A model generated the notes under the pieces. It was not told the DNA's origin and made no database searches. It was given only the letters and a program-made list of their open reading frames with translations. From Acidobacteriota bacterium (GTDB lineage: Bacteria; Acidobacteriota; UBA4820; DSQY01), in NCBI GenBank assembly GCA_049591295.1, contig JBAWEQ010000259.1:25812-89811 (forward strand): a DNA stretch of 64,000 nt, written 5' to 3'. Positions 1-8,912 of this stretch are shown here, in pieces. Numbering within the stretch: the stretch's first letter is position 1; each line of letters starts with the position of its first letter. A program made the position numbers and the translations under genes.

Positions 1-1025
1 TTGGGCTTGAGGACCTTGCGAAGGATGACGGCCTCGGGCAGGCTCAGGCCGATGACGGCCATCATGAAGGCCAGCACCGTGCCCAGCGCCGCGCCCTTCT
101 CCATGAGGGCCTGGACGATGGGGATGATGCCGGCGGCGTTGGAGTACATGGGGACTCCGATGAGCACGGCCGCGGGCACGGCCCACCAGGCGCTCCTGCC
201 CATGAGGTGTGCCATGGCGTTGGTCGGAACGTAGCCGTGGATGCCCGCCCCCACGGCGATGCCCGCGAGGACGTAGGGCCAGACCCGGCCCACGATGTCG
301 CGCACCGCCTGCAGGCCAGCGCTGACGCGGTCGGCCCAGGTGATCTGCTCCTCCGTGTCCATCCCCGCCCCGGCCGACGTGGCATAGACCCACTCCTCCA
401 CCCATCCCTCCAGTTTCAACCTGCCGATGACGAAGCCCGCGAAGATGGCGATGATGAGGCCAGTCCCGGCATAGATGGCCGCCACCTTCCAGCCGAAGAG
501 GCCGAAGAGGAGGACGAGGGCCACCTCGTTCACCATGGGCGAGGCCACGAGGAAGGAGAGCGTCACGCCCAGGGGCACACCCGCCGTCACGAAACCGATG
601 AAGAGCGGCACTGCGGAGCAGGAGCAGAAGGGCGTGGGCACGCCCAGGAGAGCCGCGAGCACGTTCCCCGCCGACTCCCGCCTGCCCGCCAGGATGCGCC
701 GCGTGCGCTCCGGCGTGAAGAAGCTGCGGAGGATGCCCACGCCGAAGACCACGAGCAGCAGGAGCATGAGAACCTTGGGGGCCTCGAAAAGGAAGAACTG
801 CACCGCCATCCCGAAGCGCGAGATCTCGGCCAGGCCCGCCAGATCGAAGGCTACCCATTTGGAAAAAGGCTCCAGGACCCAGTAGAGGGCTATCCAGATG
901 GCCAGCGCTGGGATGCCGGCGAGAAGGTAGCGACCCGGGCCCCGGTTTAGCCGGGGAGAGGCCTCGCTGGGGCGTCCGGTTCCGGTTGCGCCCGAGGGTT
1001 CGGCGGGTATTTCTTGAGCTCTCAC
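1..1025 (-). CDS. arsP: ArsP-type permease (DUF318/COG0701), C-terminus runs off the left edge of the window; probable GTG start at 1025
   Basis: Reverse-strand translation gives a multi-TM protein with the TPFCSCSAVP motif that is diagnostic of ArsP organoarsenical efflux permeases. The gene was found by manual translation and is not in the ORF track because it has no ATG start. Hydrophobic helices continue throughout. Confidence 0.65.
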   Translation of the reverse strand, partial: MRAQEIPAEPSGATGTGRPSEASPRLNRGPGRYLLAGIPALAIWIALYWVLEPFSKWVAFDLAGLAEISRFGMAVQFFLFEAPKVLMLLLLVVFGVGILRSFFTPERTRRILAGRRESAGNVLAALLGVPTPFCSCSAVPLFIGFVTAGVPLGVTLSFLVASPMVNEVALVLLFGLFGWKVAAIYAGTGLIIAIFAGFVIGRLKLEGWVEEWVYATSAGAGMDTEEQITWADRVSAGLQAVRDIVGRVWPYVLAGIAVGAGIHGYVPTNAMAHLMGRSAWWAVPAAVLIGVPMYSNAAGIIPIVQALMEKGAALGTVLAFMMAVIGLSLPEAVILRKVLKP

Positions 1026-1038
1026 TTCCTGCCCTTTC

Positions 1039-1758
1039 TCAGCGTCCGTGGTCGCCACAGCGCGCCTTGGCCGCATCTGGCCGCTCTCCCGTCACGGGGT
1101 ACGGGAAGGCAGGCAGCACGGTCACCTCGTAGAGCGAAGCGGGCGGCGAGGCAAGCAACCGATGGATGAACGTCAGCTGAAGGCCCTGCACCCGGGCGAT
1201 GAGCGGCCCGTCGCACCCGGCAGCCCTCAATGTCTTCTCCATGGCCGGCAGGCCGGCCGGCTTGACGCCCGGCTTGAGGCGCACCGCTACGGCCTTGCCC
1301 GTGGAGCGGCGCACCAGAATCCATTCGTCGCCGAGGGTCTTGTCGATCACCAGGGTTCCGTAGAGGGTTCTGGCCCCGGTCAGGTAGGCCGCCACGTCAG
1401 AGTAACAGGGCGAGGCGTTCGTCGCGGCGGCCACGTCGGTGCGGTCCACGATCCCGCCCGGGAAGAGCGTCTTGAGCCCCAGGGTAATGCCCTGTGCCGC
1501 GGCGATCAGTCCGTCGCACGGATGCCCGTGGAACCGAACCAGATCCGCCAGCGTCACCTCCTGCGGCGTTTCCGACATGGGGCCAAGGCTCGACTCGGTG
1601 TCCAGCACACGAATCAGAACCCGCGAGGCCGCATGCGGCGTCAGCGGGGCATAGCCGGCTGTCCCTCCGGCGGACGCCACGACGCGGCTGGCCGTCACCG
1701 AGACGCCCAGGAGAACGGCCGCCAGTCCCAGGAAGGCCTGAATGGCTCGCCGGCTCAC
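1039..1758 (-). CDS. Secreted FmdE/FwdE-domain protein
   Basis: N-terminal signal-like hydrophobic segment and an FHGHPCDG motif typical of the formylmethanofuran dehydrogenase subunit E domain. Its 4-nt overlap with the upstream Trx gene indicates an operon. Confidence 0.55.
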   Translation of the reverse strand: MSRRAIQAFLGLAAVLLGVSVTASRVVASAGGTAGYAPLTPHAASRVLIRVLDTESSLGPMSETPQEVTLADLVRFHGHPCDGLIAAAQGITLGLKTLFPGGIVDRTDVAAATNASPCYSDVAAYLTGARTLYGTLVIDKTLGDEWILVRRSTGKAVAVRLKPGVKPAGLPAMEKTLRAAGCDGPLIARVQGLQLTFIHRLLASPPASLYEVTVLPAFPYPVTGERPDAAKARCGDHGR

Positions 1759-2006
1759 GACCGCATGGCCTCCAAGATCAACCCTTTCACGATCCCCACG
1801 CTGGGCAGCTTGCCCTGGAGGACGGCCTTGCCGTTGATGATGAGGCCGGGCGTGGTGAGGATTCCCAGGGCCGCGATGTCCTTGAAGTCGGTCACCTTCA
1901 CGACCGTGGCCTCCACCTGGAGATCTTCGAGCGCCTTGATCACCCGGGCTTCGAGTTCCTGGCAGTTCCGGCAGCCGGGGCCTGCCACGCGAATATCGAG
2001 GTTCAT
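1755..2006 (-). CDS. Small thioredoxin-fold redox-active disulfide protein (Trx_3 family)
   Basis: 83 aa with a CRNC CxxC motif and a GILTTPGLIINGK segment. Its 4-nt overlaps at both ends indicate an operon. Confidence 0.7.
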   Translation of the reverse strand: MNLDIRVAGPGCRNCQELEARVIKALEDLQVEATVVKVTDFKDIAALGILTTPGLIINGKAVLQGKLPSVGIVKGLILEAMRS

Positions 2007-2031
2007 GGATGGACTCCTTTCTTCGAAAAGT

Positions 2032-2739
2032 TCAGGCTCCCCCCATCAGGGGCGCCCCGATGACGTACAGGCCAAGACACAGGATCAGCGCCCCAGCTCC
2101 GCGGCGCAGCCAGAGATTGGCGCTGGCCCATCGGCGGCTTGACAGCAGCCCTCTCACGGCACCCATGGAAACGCCTGCCAGGAGCACGAGCATGCAGTGG
2201 CCGAGGGCGTAAGTCAGCAACAGGCCCCCTCCGTAAAGGACGCTTCCCTTGGCGGCGATGAAGGCCAGGAGCACGGCCAGGATGGGCACCGCGCAGGGCG
2301 TCGAGATGACGCCGAAGAGAATGCCCAGGAGGAAGGCGCCCAGGGCGCCCCGGCTACGAGGCCTGAGGGGCAGCGCCAGGCCCAGGCGCAGCGGGAGCCA
2401 TCCCAGCATGTGCAGCCCCATCACGAGGCAGACTCCCCCGATGAGGTAGGGCCAGAATCGCCCCTGGACGCCGAAGAGCCTGCCCAGCAGGGCCGCGGCT
2501 AGGCCCAGGACGGTGAAGGTCAGGGCCAGCCCCGCCACCATCGAGAGGGCGTAGAGCATGGATCGCCTGAGCGACGAGGCCTGCTCGCTGCCCCCGACAT
2601 AAGCCAGAACGAGCGGGATGCTCACGAGCACGCACGGGTTGCTCGCGGTCAGGAGCCCGCCCAGGAAGGCCGCCCCGAAGGCAAGCACGGGCGCCGTCTC
2701 GATGAGATTCCCGAACTGGCTCAAAAGCCCTTCCATCAA
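2032..2739 (-). CDS. ccdA: CcdA/DsbD-family transmembrane thiol-disulfide electron transporter
   Basis: Polytopic membrane protein with conserved Cys in the first TM segment (ASNPCVL) and in the core (STPCAVP), which is the DsbD_2 architecture. Confidence 0.75.
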   Translation of the reverse strand: MMEGLLSQFGNLIETAPVLAFGAAFLGGLLTASNPCVLVSIPLVLAYVGGSEQASSLRRSMLYALSMVAGLALTFTVLGLAAALLGRLFGVQGRFWPYLIGGVCLVMGLHMLGWLPLRLGLALPLRPRSRGALGAFLLGILFGVISTPCAVPILAVLLAFIAAKGSVLYGGGLLLTYALGHCMLVLLAGVSMGAVRGLLSSRRWASANLWLRRGAGALILCLGLYVIGAPLMGGA

Positions 2740-3158
2740 TGGCTCCGCTCGACACCCATCTTAGTGAAGATCTTCTCCACCTCCTCGAAGGGCAGGTAGC
2801 CCACGTGCCGTTCGAACTCTTTCCCGTCGGCAGTGAAAAAGATCTGCGTAGGGATCATCATGATCTTATACTCCCGGGCCGCCTCAGGCTTCTTGTCCAG
2901 GTCGATGAATTCGATGACCGCCTTGCCTTTGTAGCGGAGCTCGGCCTCCTGGAGAACCGCCACCATCTGCTTGCACGGGATGCACCACGTCTTGCCCAGA
3001 TCCACCATCCGGGGCAGGGCCCGGGGATCCGCCGGCCTCCCGGCGGCCGTCTTCTCCGGCGGAGGCGCCGCCTTCCCGCCCCGAACTCCAGCCATAACCC
3101 ACACCGACATCAGGATCAAAACCAGGAATACCGCACCCGCGACGACTCTCCTCATCAT
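2736..3158 (-). CDS. Membrane-anchored TlpA-like thioredoxin
   Basis: N-terminal TM anchor followed by a thioredoxin fold with a WCIPC active site. Its 4-nt overlap with ccdA indicates an operon. Confidence 0.7.
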   Translation of the reverse strand: MMRRVVAGAVFLVLILMSVWVMAGVRGGKAAPPPEKTAAGRPADPRALPRMVDLGKTWCIPCKQMVAVLQEAELRYKGKAVIEFIDLDKKPEAAREYKIMMIPTQIFFTADGKEFERHVGYLPFEEVEKIFTKMGVERSH

Positions 3159-3478
3159 TGGTCCCTCCTCTTGGTCATTCTCTTCGACGGGACGCCACCA
3201 CCGGCGCAGGGAAGTCCGGCGGCGCGAAGCACGGCCCGCGCGTTTTCATCCGTGATCCGATAGAAGACCATGGCCCCCTCGCGCTCATCCACGATGATGC
3301 CGTGATCCCTCAAGATGGTCAGGTGCCGGGCCAGGGTCGGCTGGGGAACCCGGAGCTCCGGCAGCATGCGGCACGAGCACTGCCGGCCCTCCCGCGCCAG
3401 AAGGCAGAGGATCCTCAGGCGCAACGGATGACCCAGGTCTCGAAATAATCTGGCTTGTGAAGCGAGCGATTCGGCCAC
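3155..3478 (-). CDS. ArsR/SmtB-family transcriptional repressor (GTG start)
   Basis: HTH_5 signature (LRLRILCLL...QPTLARHLTILRDHGII) and a GGAGGG RBS 5 nt upstream. It is the first gene of the operon. Confidence 0.75.
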   Translation of the reverse strand: MAESLASQARLFRDLGHPLRLRILCLLAREGRQCSCRMLPELRVPQPTLARHLTILRDHGIIVDEREGAMVFYRITDENARAVLRAAGLPCAGGGVPSKRMTKRRDQ

Positions 3479-3498
3479 TTTCCCTCCAAAAATCCAAT

Positions 3499-3516
3499 TA
3501 TTCGGATATCCGAATA
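3499..3516. promoter_or_regulatory. Perfect 18-bp palindrome TATTCGGATATCCGAATA, candidate ArsR operator
   Basis: Exact inverted repeat about 20 nt upstream of the arsR-like start codon, in a region that is otherwise non-palindromic. Confidence 0.6.
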
Positions 3517-3670
3517 TAAAGTCAAGGCCGGCGCTGATCCGCCGAGGGTGGGGGACTACAAGACCCCATCGGTTCGGTGCCGGCGGCTGGTGAACCGCCG
3601 CCTTTCTGGCGTAAGGTCACCAGCTCCGAAAGACCGATCTTCGAGCTTGCGCAGATTCTCGATCCGAGCC

Positions 3671-3703
3671 AAAAAAAGAAAGGGGGCCCCGAAGGGCCCC
3701 GGC
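3671..3703 (-). terminator. Rho-independent terminator downstream of the OMP gene
   Basis: On the minus strand the sequence reads GGGGCCC-TTCG-GGGCCCC followed by CTTCTTTTTTT, a GC stem with a UUCG tetraloop and a U tract. It lies about 47 nt after the OMP stop codon. Confidence 0.65.
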
Positions 3704-3749
3704 CAAGGGAAGGAAGGAAAGAAGAGAGGAAGGTGGGGAGGAGCGTCTG

Positions 3750-4322
3750 TCAGAAACGCACCACCAAGCCGATGCGTGCATCGCCGATGTCCGTCTTGTC
3801 GCTCACGTAACGGACGGAGTCAAAGCCCATATGCGTGTAGGTGAGCTGGAAAGACATGCCCACATTCGGCGTGAAAAAGCGCCGGTAGCCGAAGCCCACC
3901 TCCCCCGCCCACTTGGTCTGAGAAGGCTGATGGACGTACAGGGCACGGCCGCCGTCATGGATCCAGTAGTCCTTCGACTGCATCTCAGCAACGCCCGTGC
4001 CGACGAAGACGAAGAACTGGTCCTTGTCGGTCAGGTTGTAGTCGTACTCGGGGGCGATGGTGAAGGTCCAGATGTTGTTGGTCGTGCTGTTCAGACTGTC
4101 CTTGATCTTGCCGTCCCAGTAGGTGGCGTGGAAGGCGAGCTTCCAGTTGTCGGTGAAGTTGTAGGCGATGCCGGTGCTCGTGTTCCAGTCGCTGTTCATG
4201 AAGTTGCTGGAGGTGTAGTAGCCGCCCTGCAGCTCCCACGTCCAGGGGTTCTTCGGCGCTTGTGCCATGAGCGCCAGGCCGGTCGTCATAAGGGCCAATA
4301 CCGCGATCACGAGCTTTTTCAT
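3750..4322 (-). CDS. Outer-membrane beta-barrel protein (OmpW/OmpA-like porin family)
   Basis: Signal peptide MKKLVIAVLALMTTGLALMAQA, alternating aromatic/hydrophilic beta-strand pattern, C-terminal Phe, and a strong GGAGG RBS. Confidence 0.7.
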   Translation of the reverse strand: MKKLVIAVLALMTTGLALMAQAPKNPWTWELQGGYYTSSNFMNSDWNTSTGIAYNFTDNWKLAFHATYWDGKIKDSLNSTTNNIWTFTIAPEYDYNLTDKDQFFVFVGTGVAEMQSKDYWIHDGGRALYVHQPSQTKWAGEVGFGYRRFFTPNVGMSFQLTYTHMGFDSVRYVSDKTDIGDARIGLVVRF

Positions 4323-5964
4323 GGTCTACCTCCTTGCTTCGAGGCCCAGGGTCTGATCCCCCTTTCATCCGGCGGGACCCTCCTCGGCGGCCCCTGCCGT
4401 GCCTCTCTAAGTCCAAGGTTAGTTCCATCAGGATCTCGCGGCCTTGACGCCCATCAAGTGTGGAGTGAAGCCGGGCGCCCCCCCTAAGGGGCTCGCCCGC
4501 CGGAGCGGCCGGCTTGGCTGGCGCGGGGGCCACCCGGCAGGCCGCGGCTGCGGGGAGGGGCTTGTAGAGCAGGAAGTTGAGGAGGTTGTCCCAGAAGGTC
4601 CAGTTCTTGACGAGCTTCATGTGCTCTTCGCAGATGAAGCCCGAGAGGGCGTAGGGCAGGTCGGTGTGGGGCTCGCACAGGGCGCTTGCGGGCACCTCGG
4701 CCAGCAGGCTCGATTTGGTCACGTCGCCATCGCCTGGTCCGTAAAAGAGACTGCGAAGATCCACCCCCTGCACCGGATGCCGCACCTCCTCCGGCTTGCG
4801 GCGCACCACCCAGCGGCCGCCCTCCCATTCCACCACGAGGCCGCGCAGCGTCGGGGTGCAGTCTCCCCCCAGCAGGAGCGTCTGGATGGAGGCCGACACC
4901 GGTCCGGCCTCCAGGGCCAGGTGAAAAGCCTTCGCCTGGTGGAGAAGGACGCCGAAATGCGCCTGCAGTTCTCGCAGGTACGCGCGGGCCTGCTCCTCGC
5001 CCTCGCCGGGGTGGAGGTCGAGATAGCGCCGGAGGATGCCGGGGCGCTTTCGTGGATCGAAGATGCCCCAGCGCTCCCGCTCCCAGGTTTTCACGTCGTA
5101 GATGTCCAGGGGGGCGGGTTCGCCCGCCGCCGTGAAGAGCACCTGGTCCGAGGGCGAGGGCATCAGCTCGATCATGGAGGGCATGGTGGCGACGAGGTCG
5201 GGCGGGATGCGGGCCATTCCCACGCGGCTCCCGTCGATGAGCGCCAGGAGGCTGGAGACGGCGCCCATGTTGGGCGTCCCCAGCATGATGAGTTTGCGGA
5301 CGTGCGCCGCCCCGGCATCCGTGGGAATGGGCGTCTCCTCCCCCAGCACGTCCTTGCCGCCGTAGAGGATGTAGTAGCGGGCGATGAGGCCGCCCATGGA
5401 GTGGGCTACGATGTCCACCTTGATGGAAGGGTCGTGGCACCGCCCGGCGATGCTGCGGATGAAGGCCGCCAGCCTCCCGGCATTCTCCACGCAGCTCAGG
5501 CGCCAGTCGTAGGCGAAGGGGAAGAAAGGGGCCTCGGGCATGGCCCCAGGCCCCTTTACCATAGTGTAGCCACCGTCCTGGGTGAGCGTCTGCACAATGC
5601 CCGCGTAGACCTCCACCCCGCCGACCTTTTTGATGGAGCCCACGGCCACGAGGTTCGTCTCCTCACCCGGTCCGATGGGCAAGGCCAGACGCATGTCGGC
5701 GGTCGTCGAGAAGAGGTCGCGCACCTTGCCCCACAGGATTTTCCCCGTCTTTGGGTCCACGATCTCCGAGCCCATGAGGCCATGGATGCCCACGAGCGGT
5801 GGCCGGCCCTGCTTCTGTTGAGCCCAGTCGTGGTAGAGGAGCCCCAGGTCGGGCTCGCGGTGTGCGCAGCCCTCGGCGGCCAGGAACAGCAGACAGAGGC
5901 CGATGAACCATCGAACCCCTCTCGATGACCGGACCCGGATCGGGCTTGGCGCCTTGCTCCTCAT
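3985..5964 (-). CDS. Secreted alpha/beta-hydrolase lipase (LCAT/PGAP1-like). The ORF as written reads through into the OMP gene, so the true C-terminus is probably near 4480-4530
   Basis: N-terminal signal peptide, an AHSMGG nucleophile elbow and a GxSxG lipase fold. The final ~160 codons are low-complexity and overlap the intact OMP gene on the same strand by 337 nt. Confidence 0.5.
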   Translation of the reverse strand: MRSKAPSPIRVRSSRGVRWFIGLCLLFLAAEGCAHREPDLGLLYHDWAQQKQGRPPLVGIHGLMGSEIVDPKTGKILWGKVRDLFSTTADMRLALPIGPGEETNLVAVGSIKKVGGVEVYAGIVQTLTQDGGYTMVKGPGAMPEAPFFPFAYDWRLSCVENAGRLAAFIRSIAGRCHDPSIKVDIVAHSMGGLIARYYILYGGKDVLGEETPIPTDAGAAHVRKLIMLGTPNMGAVSSLLALIDGSRVGMARIPPDLVATMPSMIELMPSPSDQVLFTAAGEPAPLDIYDVKTWERERWGIFDPRKRPGILRRYLDLHPGEGEEQARAYLRELQAHFGVLLHQAKAFHLALEAGPVSASIQTLLLGGDCTPTLRGLVVEWEGGRWVVRRKPEEVRHPVQGVDLRSLFYGPGDGDVTKSSLLAEVPASALCEPHTDLPYALSGFICEEHMKLVKNWTFWDNLLNFLLYKPLPAAAACRVAPAPAKPAAPAGEPLRGGARLHSTLDGRQGREILMELTLDLERHGRGRRGGSRRMKGGSDPGPRSKEVDHEKARDRGIGPYDDRPGAHGTSAEEPLDVGAAGRLLHLQQLHEQRLEHEHRHRLQLHRQLEARLPRHLLGRQDQGQSEQHDQQHLDLHHRPRVRLQPDRQGPVLRLRRHGRC

Positions 5965-5997
5965 GGCGGCCCCTCCCTTAACCCCTGCCTCGCTCTC

Positions 5998-6477
5998 CTA
6001 CAGGGGTATCACCAGGGCCACACGAACCGACTCGGTGCCGGGGTTGTGGCGGGCCACACCGCCGTTCGAGTAGTGGAAGACCCCAATCCCCAGCCGGTAC
6101 CCCCTGCCGAGATGATAGAACAGCTCCAGTCCCGACCGGAACTCCAGGTGGCTCCCCAGGTCGTAGTGGTGATCCGAATAGCGGCCGGGGCCGGAGGTCA
6201 GAGACGCGCTCCAGCGGTCTGAAAAAACGTACTGAAGGGTCAGATTGAGCCCCTCGTAATTCTCTAGAGAACTGACGTCCAGCACGCCACCGGCGCCCCA
6301 AGAGAGCTTCCCCCAGGAATGAAAGAGGTGGCGCAGTTCCAGAGACCCGTAAAGGTGCCGGTTCTGGTTCTGGACGTTGCCCACGGCGGGACCCACCAGC
6401 ACGAAGGTCTCTCCCGCCAAGGCCGGCCAGCCTACGATGAACAGCGCGGCCATGAGAAGCCTCTTCATCCTCAGCAT
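5998..6477 (-). CDS. PagL-like outer-membrane lipid A 3-O-deacylase
   Basis: Signal peptide, a small beta-barrel, and a C-terminal FHYSNGG motif containing the His-Ser catalytic pair of PagL. Confidence 0.55.
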   Translation of the reverse strand: MLRMKRLLMAALFIVGWPALAGETFVLVGPAVGNVQNQNRHLYGSLELRHLFHSWGKLSWGAGGVLDVSSLENYEGLNLTLQYVFSDRWSASLTSGPGRYSDHHYDLGSHLEFRSGLELFYHLGRGYRLGIGVFHYSNGGVARHNPGTESVRVALVIPL

Positions 6478-6535
6478 GATCAGCCTCCTTTCTATCCGGC
6501 GCTGCTTTTGGCAAAAAGGCTGGCCGGCTGATGCC

Positions 6536-7813
6536 TTAGGCGAGCCACCCCGCGGCGCCCAGAAGCGCCCCCGCGGCCAGGGGGAAGACGGGATGCACCT
6601 TGAACTTCAGGAGCAACAGGAGGGCCAGGGCCATGAGCGCCCAACCGGGCAGGCCGTGGAGGGCCGAAGGGCCGAGGAGCACGGCCGCACCCACGATGAG
6701 CCCGGCTACGGCGGGCGAGACCCCCGCGAGGAAGTCCTCGAAGCGCGCGTTGCCCTTGAAGCGCACGTATCCCAGCGTGAGCACCGTCATGAGGGCCATG
6801 GCGGGGGCGAAGAGGGCCAGGGTGGCCGCGAGCGCCCCGCTCACGCCGTGCAGATGGTAGCCGGCGAAGGTGGCGAGGACGGCGATCGGGCCGGGCGTGA
6901 GGTTGCTGATGGCTACGCCATCCAAAAATTCGCGGTTGTTGAGCCAGTGGAGCTGGGTCACGAGTTTCTGGTGGAGGATGGGTATGAGGACGAAGCCGCC
7001 CCCGAAGAAGACGAGGCCCACCTTGAGGAAGGTCCAGACCAGGGCCGCCAGGGACGTGCCAGCCGCGGCCTGTGACGCGCCTGGGACGGTGAAGGCCTGA
7101 ATAGGGAGGACGGGAGAGCGGGAGGGTAACTCCTGGGGCATTCCCGGCTCTCCTCCTCCCCTCTCTTCCTCCTTGTGAACAGATCCTCCGCCCGTGCCGC
7201 CCGCCTTCGGGGGGCTTCCGCCGCCCAGCCGCCGATTGCCCGTCAGAAGCCCCAACGCGCCAGCCGTGGCCAGCACGTAGACGGCGTTGACCTTGAGCAG
7301 CGAAAGGGCCAAGGCCAGGAGGGCCACCACCACGGCGGGCCAGCTTCGGAGGGCCTTCCGCCCCAGGGACCAGGCGGCGGCCACGATGAGGGCGATGACC
7401 ACCGGCCCCACACCCTGCACCGCAGCCTGGAGCGAAGGGATGCTGTGGTAGGCGAAGTAGAGCCAGGACAGGAGGATCACGAGAAGCACTGAAGGCACCA
7501 TGAAGGCGCCCGCGCACAGGAGCCCCCCCAACGGCCCGAAGAGCCTGCACCCCACGAAAAAGGCCGTGTTGACCGCGAAGGGGCCAAGGAGCTGGCTGAA
7601 GCCCACGCCGTGCAGGAACTCCTCCGCCGGGAGAAGCCGGCGCTTCAGGACCAGATCCCTCTCCATCAGCGCGATCACCGCCATCCCACCGCCGAAACCA
7701 ATGGCACCGATGATCAGGAAACGGAGCATCAGCGAAGGGAGGGAAGCGCTGGACGCCGCTTGATCGCCCTCGTTCCCTGTCGGAGATTCTGGCTCGGCCT
7801 TCATCCTGCGCAC
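6536..7813 (-). CDS. chrA: Chromate transporter ChrA (duplicated CHR domains)
   Basis: Two homologous halves, each with FGGG motifs (IGFGGGMAVIAL and LVFFGGGFVLIPIL). A 425-aa polytopic membrane protein. Confidence 0.8.
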   Translation of the reverse strand: MRRMKAEPESPTGNEGDQAASSASLPSLMLRFLIIGAIGFGGGMAVIALMERDLVLKRRLLPAEEFLHGVGFSQLLGPFAVNTAFFVGCRLFGPLGGLLCAGAFMVPSVLLVILLSWLYFAYHSIPSLQAAVQGVGPVVIALIVAAAWSLGRKALRSWPAVVVALLALALSLLKVNAVYVLATAGALGLLTGNRRLGGGSPPKAGGTGGGSVHKEEERGGGEPGMPQELPSRSPVLPIQAFTVPGASQAAAGTSLAALVWTFLKVGLVFFGGGFVLIPILHQKLVTQLHWLNNREFLDGVAISNLTPGPIAVLATFAGYHLHGVSGALAATLALFAPAMALMTVLTLGYVRFKGNARFEDFLAGVSPAVAGLIVGAAVLLGPSALHGLPGWALMALALLLLLKFKVHPVFPLAAGALLGAAGWLA

Positions 7814-7817
7814 CCTC

Positions 7818-8912
7818 TCAGCGGCCCATCCGCAAGCTTGTCAGCAGCACGTACTGAATCTGAAAGCGCCACGTGTGGGTGTAGGCTTCGCTCCCACCGC
7901 GCGGCGAGAGGTAGTCGGCCACCAGGCGCAGCGGCACGCGGCGAAAGTCGTAGGTAACGCTGGAGTCCCATTGCCTCAGCGACGGGGCCGAGCCGGCGTG
8001 CAGGTCGGGCGTGAACCATTCGTAGCGCAGGGCGAGGATGATCTGCCGGATCGGCAGGTACGCCACCTGGCCGTAAGCGCCGTGGGCGATGATCTCTCCG
8101 CCCCGGTCGGGGGAGAGCCAGGCGCGGAAGTATTCGGCCTGGCTGCGCACCTTGCCCCAGCCCGCTTCCGCGAAGGCGTTGAGGCGGCTGTCGCGGCCGG
8201 CGAAGCGGCTCGTGAGCTTCTTGCTGAGCCCCGTCAGCTCGGAGGAAAGATTCATGTCCGCGTCGTGCCGGTCCGAGGCAGCCAGCCCCGTTCGCCAGAA
8301 CCACGGCGTGCCGCCGTCCAGCCCCTTCCCGCCGTAGCTGAGGCGCGCCACGCCAAGGGGGCCGTTGCCTTTACCATTCATGTTGGCGCCTTCGCCCTGG
8401 AAGAGGCCGGCGGAGAATTCCCAGCCGCCGTGGTTGAAGTCGCCCTCTACCCCCCGGTCGCGGGCAAAACTCTTGCCGAGGTTTCCGTTCACGACCATGC
8501 GGTTGGTCAGGTCGGTCCGGTCGATGAGGTCGAGGGCCGAATCGGGCTCAAAGCGTTCAAGGCCGAAGGGGGGCACGAACTGGCCCACCTTGAAGGCGAG
8601 GCCGCGGGATTCCGGCACCACGACGTAGGCGTCTTGAAGGTAGATCTGGTCGTCGGTGGAGCTTGAGAGGTTGGTCTTGTAGACGAATTGCACGTGGTAG
8701 TGGAGGCCGTCCTGGGGACCACCGTCCAGCATGGCCTTGAAGCGGCGGATCGCCCACGCATCATCCCCCTTGCTCGGATCGGTGTAGCGGAACTGGATGT
8801 AGGAGCTGAGCACGGGCAGGTAGGGCGGGGAGGCCGTCGCGCCGTCGGCGAACACCGCCGTTCCGCTGACGGTGAGGACAAGGAGAACGACCAGGCCGAT
8901 GCGCGATCTCAT
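7818..8912 (-). CDS. Phosphate/oxyanion-selective porin (OprO/OprP family)
   Basis: Internal start MRSRIGLVVLLVLTVSGTAVFA is a signal peptide, and the beta-barrel carries Porin_O_P-like motifs. The ATG overlaps the stop codon of the upstream CDF gene (ATGA). Confidence 0.65.
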   Translation of the reverse strand: MRSRIGLVVLLVLTVSGTAVFADGATASPPYLPVLSSYIQFRYTDPSKGDDAWAIRRFKAMLDGGPQDGLHYHVQFVYKTNLSSSTDDQIYLQDAYVVVPESRGLAFKVGQFVPPFGLERFEPDSALDLIDRTDLTNRMVVNGNLGKSFARDRGVEGDFNHGGWEFSAGLFQGEGANMNGKGNGPLGVARLSYGGKGLDGGTPWFWRTGLAASDRHDADMNLSSELTGLSKKLTSRFAGRDSRLNAFAEAGWGKVRSQAEYFRAWLSPDRGGEIIAHGAYGQVAYLPIRQIILALRYEWFTPDLHAGSAPSLRQWDSSVTYDFRRVPLRLVADYLSPRGGSEAYTHTWRFQIQYVLLTSLRMGR

